A stretch of DNA of 64,000 nucleotides from an uncultured Chloroflexia bacterium (lineage in GTDB: Bacteria; Chloroflexota; Limnocylindria; Limnocylindrales; CSP1-4), in the NCBI GenBank assembly GCA_963735865.1, contig CAVTML010000002.1:1714917-1778916 (forward strand), written 5' to 3'. Below are positions 54,312 through 62,579 of the stretch, piece after piece. The position numbers and the translations under genes were made by a program. The notes under the pieces were generated by a model that was not told the origin of the DNA, searched no databases, and was given only the letters and a program-made list of their open reading frames with translations. Position 1 is the stretch's first letter. Each line of letters starts with the position of its first letter.

Positions 54312-55891
54312 CCGCGACCGGCCTGCGGGCCATGCTCCGTGTCCAATGGCGGACGCACCGTCGTGGCACGCTCGTCTGGATGCTCGCGCTCATCACCATG
54401 ATGGTCGGCACCGCGGGATCGATAGCCGGCCTCTACCCCACCCCCGAGAAGATCCACAGCTACGCCCAGGCTGCCACCACTGGGGAGGCCCTCGTCGTGA
54501 TCAATGGCAGGGTCGAGGGGATCGACAGTCTCGGCGGCATCATCCAGGACGAGTTCGGCTTCTTTGCTGCCTTCCTTCTTCCCCTGCTCGGCATCAGCCT
54601 CGTCGCACTCGTGACCCGGAGTGAGGAGGAGGCCGGGCGGCTCGAGACGGTCCTCGCGGGCCGCGTCGCGCGCCACGTCCCGGTGCTCGCTGGGCTCACG
54701 ATCGCGTCCGCCGCCATCGTCGTCACCAGCATCGCGTTCGCGCTGGGGCTCATCGCCTTCGGGGTGCCCGCGACCCGGTCCGTCCTCTACGCGGCCTCCC
54801 TCGGCACGCTGGCGTTCGTCTTCGCCGGGCTCGCGGCGCTCCTCGCGCAGGTCACGCTGCACTCCCGGGGCGTCTACACATGGGGGCTGCTCGTCCTCGG
54901 CGTGGCCTATGTGCTGCGGGGTGTCGGCGACGTGACGAAGACATGGGTCACCTGGCTCTCGCCTCTCGGCTGGGCCGAGAAGGCCGCGCCCTTCGGTGAC
55001 ATGCGGTGGTGGACGCTCCTGATCCCCCTCGCCGTGGGCGGGCTGCTTGCCGCGCTGGCCATCCTGGTCGCCGGGCGCCGCGACCTCGGCAGCGCGCTAG
55101 TCGGCGGTGGCGCAGGCCCCGCGCGCGCGACGTCGCGGCTGCGCAGTCCGCTCGGGCTGGCGACCGCCATCCACCGCCCCGCGATCCTCGCCTGGCTTGC
55201 CGGTGCGGTCATCCTCGCGGGCACGATGGGCTCGCTCGCCCAGCAGTTCATCGACGCTGTGCTTGGCAACGCGGCCATGGCCGAGGCTTTCGGGTTGTCG
55301 GGGGCGCGACCCGTGGACGCGATGGTCGCCCTCACCCAGCTCTACGTCGCCATCATCGCCACGGGCTATGCGGTCCAGGCCGTCGGCAGCCTGCGCGGTG
55401 AGGAGACGGCGGGCCGTCTCGAGATGCGGCTCTCGGGCACCGTCTCCCGTCTGTGCTGGCTCGCCGCCCATGGGCTCGTGATCATCACCGGCGTCGTGGT
55501 CATCGTCCTCGTCGCGTCGATGGTGCTGGCCGCGGGGATGGCCTGGTCGATGGGCACGGCGGTGAACCTCGGTCCCGTCCTCTGGGCTGGCGCGGCCTAC
55601 CTGCCGGCCGAGCTCCTCGTCGGCGGGCTGGCGCTCGCGCTCTTCGGCCTGCGGCCCGGGGCGTTCCCGGCGGCCTGGGCTGTCCTGGCGGGCGTCACCT
55701 TCGTCGCCTTCCTGGGGCCGGGACTCAAGCTGCCCACGTGGCTGCTCGACCTTGCCCCGACGACCCATGTCGGCAACCCGCCGGTGGGCACGGTCGAGGC
55801 GCTGCCGCTCGTCGTCCTCGTCGCCATCGCCGCGGTCCTGGCCGTCGTCGCGGCGGTCGGCTTCCGTCGCCGGGACGTGCCGCAGACCTGA
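54308..55891 (+). CDS. ABC-2-type exporter permease (12-TM, antibiotic-exporter-like)
   Basis: ATG 54308 overlaps the upstream stop (ATGA) and is in frame with ORF 53567..55891. Multiple hydrophobic segments are present. The genomic context is TetR plus an ATPase. Confidence 0.75.
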   Translation: MTATGLRAMLRVQWRTHRRGTLVWMLALITMMVGTAGSIAGLYPTPEKIHSYAQAATTGEALVVINGRVEGIDSLGGIIQDEFGFFAAFLLPLLGISLVALVTRSEEEAGRLETVLAGRVARHVPVLAGLTIASAAIVVTSIAFALGLIAFGVPATRSVLYAASLGTLAFVFAGLAALLAQVTLHSRGVYTWGLLVLGVAYVLRGVGDVTKTWVTWLSPLGWAEKAAPFGDMRWWTLLIPLAVGGLLAALAILVAGRRDLGSALVGGGAGPARATSRLRSPLGLATAIHRPAILAWLAGAVILAGTMGSLAQQFIDAVLGNAAMAEAFGLSGARPVDAMVALTQLYVAIIATGYAVQAVGSLRGEETAGRLEMRLSGTVSRLCWLAAHGLVIITGVVVIVLVASMVLAAGMAWSMGTAVNLGPVLWAGAAYLPAELLVGGLALALFGLRPGAFPAAWAVLAGVTFVAFLGPGLKLPTWLLDLAPTTHVGNPPVGTVEALPLVVLVAIAAVLAVVAAVGFRRRDVPQT

Positions 55892-56037
55892 GCCGGCGCG
55901 ACGCCGCTGGCTCGTGTCCGTCGCGGTCGAGGTTCACGCGTCGGCGCAGCGGCTCGTGGCTTTCCTCAGCGCGACCAGGTTGGACAGGCCCACGCACGTC
56001 TAAGTGCCGCGGCCGCCGGGGTCGTTACTCTGGGTCC

Positions 56038-57408
56038 ATGCGCGAACGTCCGCCGGTCTCCCGGACGCCGCGGCCCGCGAGCGATCCGACGGGTCGTGCG
56101 ATGACTCGCGTGCCTGGGACCCGGGCGGCACCCTCCGAAGTCGTCGTCGAGATGGCCCGCCTGAAGGGCCTGAGCGACAGCGTCGTGGCCTTCGCGTTGA
56201 CCGTGCTGGTGCTCGACGTGCGCCTCCCTGCCCTCGTCACCGACGCCGATCTCGTCGGTGACGTGCTGGCGCTCGGGCCCAAGCTCCTCATCTACCTGAT
56301 CAGCTTCGCCATCGTCGGCGGAGCCTGGGGCTCGCACCAGCGAATGCTCGGCCAGATCAGCCGCGGCGACGGCCTGCTGGTGTGGTTCAACCTGTTGTCG
56401 TTGCTGCCCATCACGTTGCTGCCCGCGTGCGCGGTGCTGCTCGGCGATTTCCCGAAGCGGGACGTGGCGGTGGCCATCTTCGGCGCCGACGCGCTGGCGA
56501 TCCAGATCACCGCCTACCTCTTGTGGCGCCACGCGGCGAGCCGGGGACTGGTCGATCCGTCGCTCGACGGCATGGTGGTGGCCGGCATCGGCCGTCGCAG
56601 CCTGGTGAATGCTCTCGGGTTCGCCCTGTCCATCCCCCTCGCATTCATCGCTCCCCTCCTCGACTACGCCCTGTGGGTGGCCGTGTTCGCCCTCGTCTTC
56701 ACGACCGACTGGGTGTCCTGGCGACAGGCGATCCGGACCACCCGGGAGACGATCGTGCTCGACGGCACCACTCAGGCTCTCGTGGAGCTCCGGCACGGGG
56801 ACGGCCATCTCCACATCGACGCCGTCGAGGGCCACGGCGTCCTCCTCGAAGGCGTCTTTGGCGGAGGGGTCGAGCGAGCCGTCCATCTCGAGCACGACCA
56901 CGCCCACATCACCATTAAGCTCCCGCGGGTCGGCGGCCTGCTTGACCCGAGGTATCCATGGGCGTGGGGGCGTTTCTCCGCGGACTGGGATCTCGGCCTG
57001 ACCCGTCGGATCCCTGTCTCGCTGGCAGTCGAGACGAAGGCAGGCACGGCCGACCTTGACCTCGACGAGCTCCAGCTCACCCAGCTCGACATCCGGGCCG
57101 ACGCGAGCACAGTACGGGCGAGGCTGCCAGCTGGCGCCGGCGTGCTTCGCGTCGCCGTCGTGTCGAAGGCCGCCGCGGTGACGCTCCAGATCCCGGACGG
57201 TGTCGCCGTGTGGGTCCACTCGGAGACGGACATCCCCGAGCTCGAACTCGACCTCGCGCGGGTGCCGGCGACGGTGGACCTGCGTGAGTGGCGGTCGGTG
57301 GATTACGACACGGCGCCCGACCGGGTGGATCTCAGCGTGTCGTCCGCGGCGGGCGCCATCAGGCTCACAGGGGCCGGAGGACCCGCCGCCGCAGGTCCGA
57401 TCTGGTAG
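56038..57408 (+). CDS. TMEM175-family (DUF1211) putative K+ channel fused to a C-terminal DUF4097/LiaF-like beta-rich domain
   Basis: ATG 56038 is in frame with ORF 55453..57408; later ATGs at 56101 and 56152 are possible starts. The family signature region is RLKGLSDSVVAFALTVLVLDV, followed by about 6 TM segments. The soluble tail has repeated beta motifs ([40 protein letters not shown]...VTLQIPDG). Confidence 0.7.
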   Translation: MRERPPVSRTPRPASDPTGRAMTRVPGTRAAPSEVVVEMARLKGLSDSVVAFALTVLVLDVRLPALVTDADLVGDVLALGPKLLIYLISFAIVGGAWGSHQRMLGQISRGDGLLVWFNLLSLLPITLLPACAVLLGDFPKRDVAVAIFGADALAIQITAYLLWRHAASRGLVDPSLDGMVVAGIGRRSLVNALGFALSIPLAFIAPLLDYALWVAVFALVFTTDWVSWRQAIRTTRETIVLDGTTQALVELRHGDGHLHIDAVEGHGVLLEGVFGGGVERAVHLEHDHAHITIKLPRVGGLLDPRYPWAWGRFSADWDLGLTRRIPVSLAVETKAGTADLDLDELQLTQLDIRADASTVRARLPAGAGVLRVAVVSKAAAVTLQIPDGVAVWVHSETDIPELELDLARVPATVDLREWRSVDYDTAPDRVDLSVSSAAGAIRLTGAGGPAAAGPIW

Positions 57409-57411
57409 GAG

Positions 57412-57443
57412 TGGCTCCGGCGGTAGGACTCGCACCTACGACC
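57412..57443 (-). other. tRNA 3-prime-half-like fragment, copy A (T-arm + acceptor + CCA; T-loop mutated)
   Basis: Forward strand reads tggctccggcggtaggactcgcacctacgacc. The reverse complement is GGTCGTAGG-TGCGAGT-CCTAC-CGCCGGA-G-CCA. No D-arm or anticodon arm can be folded upstream. Confidence 0.5.
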
Positions 57444-57453
57444 AAGCGGTTGA

Positions 57454-57470
57454 CGCGGGCGACGCCCGCG
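57454..57470. terminator. GC hairpin (CGCGGGC-gac-GCCCGCG) between convergent genes
   Basis: Read directly. It lies between the stop at 57408 (+ gene) and the stop at 57472 (- gene). There is no U-tract. Confidence 0.45.
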
Positions 57471-57471
57471 C

Positions 57472-58719
57472 TCAAGCCTGGCGCACTGCCTCCCGACGTG
57501 CAGCGAAGAGGACGATCGGCTCCGACACGCCCTTGAGCTCCACCGGGCCGATGGGCGTGAAGGACACGCCAGACGGGTCGGCCGACTCGTCGGCCCCCTT
57601 CCCATGCGTCGCCGCGTCCACCACGTCCTGGCTCACCAGCACCTCGCCCTGGCGCGCGTAGTCCGCGATGCGCGACGCGACATTCACCGTCCGCCCGAAA
57701 TAGTCCCCAGCCTGGAACAGCACCGGACCCGAGTGAACGCCGACGTGCGCCGGCGGCAGCCCCGAGCGCGCGGCTCCTTCCACCATCTCGATCGATGCGA
57801 TCACCGCGTTCGCGGGACCTGGGAAATGGAACATGACCCCGTCGCCCAGCCACTTCACGGGCTTGCCGCCATGCTGCGTGGACGTCCGCTGCACGAGACG
57901 GCTGAGCTGCGCCGCGAGGTCGGCGGCTGCCTCGTCGCCGCGTTCGTCGGTCAGACGCGTGTAGCCGGTCAGGTCGAGAAAGGCGATGGCCGGCGGGCGC
58001 TGAAGCCGCTCGTGAAGGCCGGCCCGCACAAGGACCCCCTCGAACCCCTCGAGTACGTTCCGCATCCACTGGTTCGCCTGCTGGCCGTGATAGAGAGCCT
58101 GGATGGCCTGATCGCCGTAGCCCACCAGCTCGCCGGACAACCGGCTGGTCAGCCCGAAGAGCTCCTGGTAGGTCACGCCGCGGCGGAAGAGCGGCTGCAG
58201 GAGCTCCGAGTTCCACCAGTCCGCCTCCGTCTCTGCGACGCGGCGGAGACTCTCGCCGTACGTCCGGAGGGAGCGCTCGATCACCGGCTGGCGACACCCG
58301 TGGTCGACCATGAACCGCAGCAGCGGCACGACATCCAGCTCGTCCTGACCGATCCTGTCCGTTGGCCTCGGCAGCCCATAGCCCATCGACTCCCGGACGG
58401 TCAGTAGCAGTTCGACCGGTACGGCGCACCGCTCTGCTGCCTGCTCGAAGGTCTCGTGGCCGAGCGGGTCAAAGCGCTCGTACGTTGGCGTGTCGGCGAA
58501 ATCGAGCCCGAGCAGACCTTGGCGCATCGCCGCGGCCAAGCCATCGATCGGCAAGCCTGACCGCTCCAAGGACCTCGCGATCCGGATCCGTCGCACGTGG
58601 CCCGTGGAATAGCGCCCGTCCGCGTCCGGCTCGATCACGCCGGCCGCCACGTACCGGTCGAGATCGGCTGGGTCCACCTCCGCGCGGATGGCGGTCTCTT
58701 CTGCCGTGAAGTCGCCCAT
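57472..58719 (-). CDS. class III adenylate/guanylate cyclase with N-terminal regulatory domain
   Basis: ATG 58719 is in frame with ORF 57472..59559 (-). Catalytic domain: AIAFLDLTGYTRLTDERGDEAAADL...KWLGDGVMFHFPG...HVGVHSGPVLFQAGDYFGRTVNVASRIADYARQGEVLVS. Confidence 0.85.
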   Translation of the reverse strand: MGDFTAEETAIRAEVDPADLDRYVAAGVIEPDADGRYSTGHVRRIRIARSLERSGLPIDGLAAAMRQGLLGLDFADTPTYERFDPLGHETFEQAAERCAVPVELLLTVRESMGYGLPRPTDRIGQDELDVVPLLRFMVDHGCRQPVIERSLRTYGESLRRVAETEADWWNSELLQPLFRRGVTYQELFGLTSRLSGELVGYGDQAIQALYHGQQANQWMRNVLEGFEGVLVRAGLHERLQRPPAIAFLDLTGYTRLTDERGDEAAADLAAQLSRLVQRTSTQHGGKPVKWLGDGVMFHFPGPANAVIASIEMVEGAARSGLPPAHVGVHSGPVLFQAGDYFGRTVNVASRIADYARQGEVLVSQDVVDAATHGKGADESADPSGVSFTPIGPVELKGVSEPIVLFAARREAVRQA

Positions 58720-58805
58720 GTCGGCAGGATGCCGGTTCGCGCCTACGGCGGTCAATGGCGTTCCGGCCGTCACCTGACCGGCAGCGGTGGGCCGCTCGGG
58801 GAAAG

Positions 58806-58837
58806 TGGCTGCGGCGGTAGGACTCGAACCCACGACC
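58806..58837 (-). other. tRNA 3-prime-half-like fragment, copy B (canonical TTCGAGT T-loop)
   Basis: Forward strand reads tggctgcggcggtaggactcgaacccacgacc, 29/32 identical to copy A. The reverse complement is GGTCGTGGG-TTCGAGT-CCTAC-CGCCGCA-G-CCA. The upstream 40 nt do not fold into D or anticodon arms. Confidence 0.5.
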
Positions 58838-58917
58838 GATGTGCCGACCTCCGTCGCAGGCGCTATGGTCCTCGTGCGCACCGGTCCAGCCCGCCCCCAT
58901 GAACCGAGGAAGAACGT

Positions 58918-61671
58918 GTGAGGCAGGAGCTCGATCGCCGGCTCGTTGCTGTGGCCTTCACCGACATGGTCGGCTACACCACGTTGATCCAGGCGGACGA
59001 GCGCCTGGCCGTCGACAGGCGTGACCGGTACTGGCGGGCGGTCGACCGTCATCATCAGGCCTTCGGCGGGACGATCGTTCAGCGGCTCGGCGATGGCAGC
59101 ATGAGCATGTTCCCGAGCGCGCTCGCGGCCGTCCAGGCCGCAGTCGAGATCCAGCGTGAGCTCGCCGTCAACGACGTCCCGGTGCGGATCGGCATCCACG
59201 TCGGCGAGGTGACGGTCGAGCGTGAGCGGCTCAGTGGTGAGGCGGTGAACATCGCGTCCAGGATCGAGTCCTTCGCGGTGCCCGGCGGGGTGATGCTGTC
59301 GGACACCGCGTACGACCATCTCAGGAACCGGAGGGATGTGGCCGTCGTCAGCCTGGGGCGGTTCAGGCTCAAGAACGTCGGTCGTCCGCTGGAGCTCTTC
59401 GCCGTTTCCGCTGACGGCATCGTCGTGCCGGATCCGCGGGCACTTGAGGGCAAGGGGGAGCGGTTTGCGAGCTTGCCTAGCAACCTCCCCGAGCCGGTCG
59501 GACCATTGCTCGGTCGGGCCACCGAGCTCGACTTGCTCGTCGCGTCGGTCCGAGACCATCGGGTGGTCACGATCACCGGCCCGGGTGGGGTCGGGAAGAC
59601 GCGCTTCATGGTCGAGCTTGGCCGCGTGCTCGCCCCAGACTTCCTGGACGGTGTCGCGTTCATCCCACTGGCCGACATCCTCGAGGCCGATGCCTTCATG
59701 CCCGCTCTCGCCGCTGCACTGGACGTGAAGGAGGCCGAAGAGCGGACGCTCGGCGACGGTGTCACGTCGCTGATCGGTGACAAGAAGGCGCTCCTGCTCC
59801 TGGACAACCTCGAGCAGATCGTGTCGGCTGCTCCGGAGATCGCGCGGCTTGTGGCAGCCTGCCCAAGGCTCCGGATCTTGATCACCAGCCGGACCCTGTT
59901 GCGGATCGCGGCGGAACGGGAGTTCCCACTTGCCCCGCTCGCGCTCCCGTCCTCGTCCGACGCACGCTCATCCGAGTCGCTCCTCGATTACCCGGCCGTC
60001 GCGCTCTTCGTCGAGCGAGCCCGTGCCTCGAGTAGCAGCTTCGCGCTGACGCCGCAGAACGCGAGTGCCGTCACCCAGGTGTGCCGCCGCCTGGACGGTC
60101 TTCCCCTTGCACTTGAGCTCGCTGCCGCACGGTTGCGGATCCTCTCACCGGAGGCGCTCCTCGAGCGGCTGGACCACGCCTTGAATGTGCTCACCTCCGG
60201 TCCACGCGACACTGCCGAACGGCACCAGACGTTGCGCGCCACGATCGACTGGAGCCACGCGCTGCTGACGGAGTCGGAACAGCGTCTCTTTCGGCGGATG
60301 GCCGTATTCGTCGGCGGATGCACCCTCGCAGATGTCGAGGCTGTCTGCGGAGAGCCAGGCGACGCCAGCTTCGAAGAGCTGGAGTCGCTCGTCGACAAGG
60401 CGCTCGTGCAGGTGGACGGCCGAGGCGACAGGCTCCGGATGCTCCAGACGATCGGTGAGTATGCCCGGGAGCGCCTCGAGGACTCCGGGGAGGCCGGCGC
60501 GATCGCGCTGCGGCATGCCCAGCGGTATGCGGCGCTTGCGCGTGACATCCGCGACACCATCGAGGGCACCGACCAGGTCGGCGCTATCGAACGCGGGATC
60601 GCCGAGGAGGGCAATCTCCAGGCCGCGCTGGACACGCTCCTGGCGTCCGCGAAGCGGGGTGACACGACGGCGCTCGAACAGGGCCTGCAGCTGACCGGTG
60701 ACCTATGGATGTACTGGCACATCCGCGGCAGGAATCTCAGCTCAAGGGAGTACGCGACCGCCTTCCTCGATCTCGATCCGGGCGGCGCTCGCACCGTCGG
60801 GCGAGCGGGCGCTCTGTTGACAGTGGGACTCGGGTCCTGGATGTCGGGGCAGTTCGAGCGGTCGGCCGACGAATGGGGCGAGGCGCATCGCATCGCGGCC
60901 GAGCTCGATGCCGGGCGCGAGCTGTGCCTCGCCGGGCTCTGCCGGGCCCTCGCAGTCCTCGGGTCCGACGTCGATGCGGGGCTCACGCTGACGAAAGACA
61001 GCACCGAGCGAGCCGGGGCGCTCGGTTTCACCTGGGCCCAGGCGCTTGCCTTGACCGTCAACGGGATGTTCCAGGCGCTGGCAGGCGATCTCGGTGCGGC
61101 GAAGACGAAGTACTCCGATGCGCTCGCGATCCAGCAGCGACTCGGCGACAGGGAGGGGATGGGCATGTCACTCGGCGGCCTTGCCGAGTTGGCCTCCGGT
61201 CGCGGCGACCCGGTCGCTGCCATCGACCTGTACGGACAGTCGCTCGAGGCGTTCGAAGCGGTAGGCGATCGCGGCGAGGAAGCCCGGATCCTCTCGGAGA
61301 TCGCGTGGACGCACCTGCGGAACGACGACGCCGCGCTCGCGCGTCGCTACTTCTTCAGGTCGGTGCAGGTCCATACCGACGTGGCGAGCGTCCGTGGAGT
61401 GGGTCTCTCCCTGATCGGGCTCGCGGCCACCGAAGCGGCCGAGCTCCGACCCGACCGTGCTGTGCAGATCGCGGCTGCAGCCGAGGTCTATGCCAATCAG
61501 GAGGGCATCGTCGTCGTCTACTCCGATGAGAACCCGGGTCGTGACTTCGTCGAGCAGGCACGCGCATCACTGTCGGATGTGGATGTCGCCCGAGCGACGG
61601 AGATCGGCCGCCGGCTCACGATCAAGCAGGCACTCGACCTCGCCAGGATCTCCGATGCAGCTCCGGCATAG
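58918..61671 (+). CDS. class III cyclase domain + NB-ARC/STAND ATPase + TPR-like repeats
   Basis: ORF 58918..61671. Cyclase domain: VAVAFTDMVGYTTLIQ...RLGDGSMSMFPS...RIGIHVGEVTVERERLSGEAVNIASRIES. P-loop: VVTITGPGGVGKTRF. Walker B: ALLLLDNLEQ. Also LDGLPLALELAA and C-terminal helical repeats. Confidence 0.85.
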   Translation: MRQELDRRLVAVAFTDMVGYTTLIQADERLAVDRRDRYWRAVDRHHQAFGGTIVQRLGDGSMSMFPSALAAVQAAVEIQRELAVNDVPVRIGIHVGEVTVERERLSGEAVNIASRIESFAVPGGVMLSDTAYDHLRNRRDVAVVSLGRFRLKNVGRPLELFAVSADGIVVPDPRALEGKGERFASLPSNLPEPVGPLLGRATELDLLVASVRDHRVVTITGPGGVGKTRFMVELGRVLAPDFLDGVAFIPLADILEADAFMPALAAALDVKEAEERTLGDGVTSLIGDKKALLLLDNLEQIVSAAPEIARLVAACPRLRILITSRTLLRIAAEREFPLAPLALPSSSDARSSESLLDYPAVALFVERARASSSSFALTPQNASAVTQVCRRLDGLPLALELAAARLRILSPEALLERLDHALNVLTSGPRDTAERHQTLRATIDWSHALLTESEQRLFRRMAVFVGGCTLADVEAVCGEPGDASFEELESLVDKALVQVDGRGDRLRMLQTIGEYARERLEDSGEAGAIALRHAQRYAALARDIRDTIEGTDQVGAIERGIAEEGNLQAALDTLLASAKRGDTTALEQGLQLTGDLWMYWHIRGRNLSSREYATAFLDLDPGGARTVGRAGALLTVGLGSWMSGQFERSADEWGEAHRIAAELDAGRELCLAGLCRALAVLGSDVDAGLTLTKDSTERAGALGFTWAQALALTVNGMFQALAGDLGAAKTKYSDALAIQQRLGDREGMGMSLGGLAELASGRGDPVAAIDLYGQSLEAFEAVGDRGEEARILSEIAWTHLRNDDAALARRYFFRSVQVHTDVASVRGVGLSLIGLAATEAAELRPDRAVQIAAAAEVYANQEGIVVVYSDENPGRDFVEQARASLSDVDVARATEIGRRLTIKQALDLARISDAAPA

Positions 61672-61732
61672 ATCCCGGGCCGGGCTTGGCGGAGCGTACG
61701 TAGCGCCACGTTACGGGCGCGAATCGTGTGGA

Positions 61733-61747
61733 AAGTGGCTCCGGCGG
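61733..61747 (-). other. 15-nt copy C of the repeat head (AAGTGGCTCCGGCGG) shared with copies A and B
   Basis: Forward strand reads aagtggctccggcgg, followed by gccggagcc, which forms a GGCTCCGG-cggg-CCGGAGCC hairpin. Only the acceptor-end part of the tRNA-like sequence is present. Confidence 0.3.
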
Positions 61748-62134
61748 GCCGGAGCCGGCCACTTACTGCGTTCCCGAGGCGAGACCTCGAGCGAAATCTC
61801 GCTCCCCCGCCCCACTCGCTCCCGCGAGTGGCTGAAGGTCGCCCTCCTCGAGTGCCGCCGATGCCATCAAGTCGTCGAGCGGCGCTCGCCGGTCCAGCGC
61901 CATTGCCCTGACTGCCGGGCGAGCCTGAAGCAAGCCCGAAGCCGCGACGCCGTCACCCGCGCCCGCTCAGCTCGACTACAAACCCAACCCTCACCCTGAC
62001 CACAGCATGCCTCATACCGGACGCTGAGGTCGGAGGTGCAAGAGGGCTAGCGCCTCCTTAACTCACCAACCTCTGCGGTTCCTGATGATCAACCGGACAC
62101 CCCGGGAGCTCCTCCCGGTGACGGCACGAAGCGC

Positions 62135-62383
62135 ATGAGGGACGGGTATCTGCGCGGCGGACTTCCATCGACCGCGACCCCGGCTCAGATGAGGGCACTC
62201 GCCGCCTACGTCGCCGCTGGCGGTTCCGTCCGGGAGGCTGCCGAGCGTGTGGGTAGTCGTCCGGGCACGGTGAAACGCCACCTCGCGGACCTCCGGGCAC
62301 GGTCGGGCCTTACGACAGGGCAACTTATCTACGCCGGGCGGGCATCGGGCCGGCTCGTCGTCCCGAGCCTGGAGCCAGGCTGA
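62135..62383 (+). CDS. small stand-alone LuxR/FixJ-type HTH protein
   Basis: ORF 62135..62383. Motif: TPAQMRALAAYVAAGGSVREAAERVGSRPGTVKRHLADLRARSGLTTGQLIY. Confidence 0.65.
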   Translation: MRDGYLRGGLPSTATPAQMRALAAYVAAGGSVREAAERVGSRPGTVKRHLADLRARSGLTTGQLIYAGRASGRLVVPSLEPG

Positions 62384-62579
62384 GCTCACAGCTGGCACGC
62401 GGAGCGGGCTTTCGTTGATGGTCGCGGCGCCCCCCGATCGGCACACCATGATGCTCACGAAACGGGCCGTTACGTCCCCACATCTAGGTCGAAGAGCCGA
62501 GCCGCCACAGCCCAAGGCGTACCGCTTGCTCGAGAGGGCACCCGCCGCCCGGCCATCTACCTGAGCCCCGAGCGACGCC

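Noticed and set aside
58806-58880. Possible complete 75-nt tRNA gene on the minus strand ending at copy B, and likewise at copy A.
   Set aside because: Only the T-arm, the acceptor 3-prime strand and CCA fold. The candidate 5-prime acceptor strand pairs at 4 of 7 positions. No D-arm or anticodon stem can be formed in any register I tried. The sequence next to copy A instead forms the intergenic hairpin.
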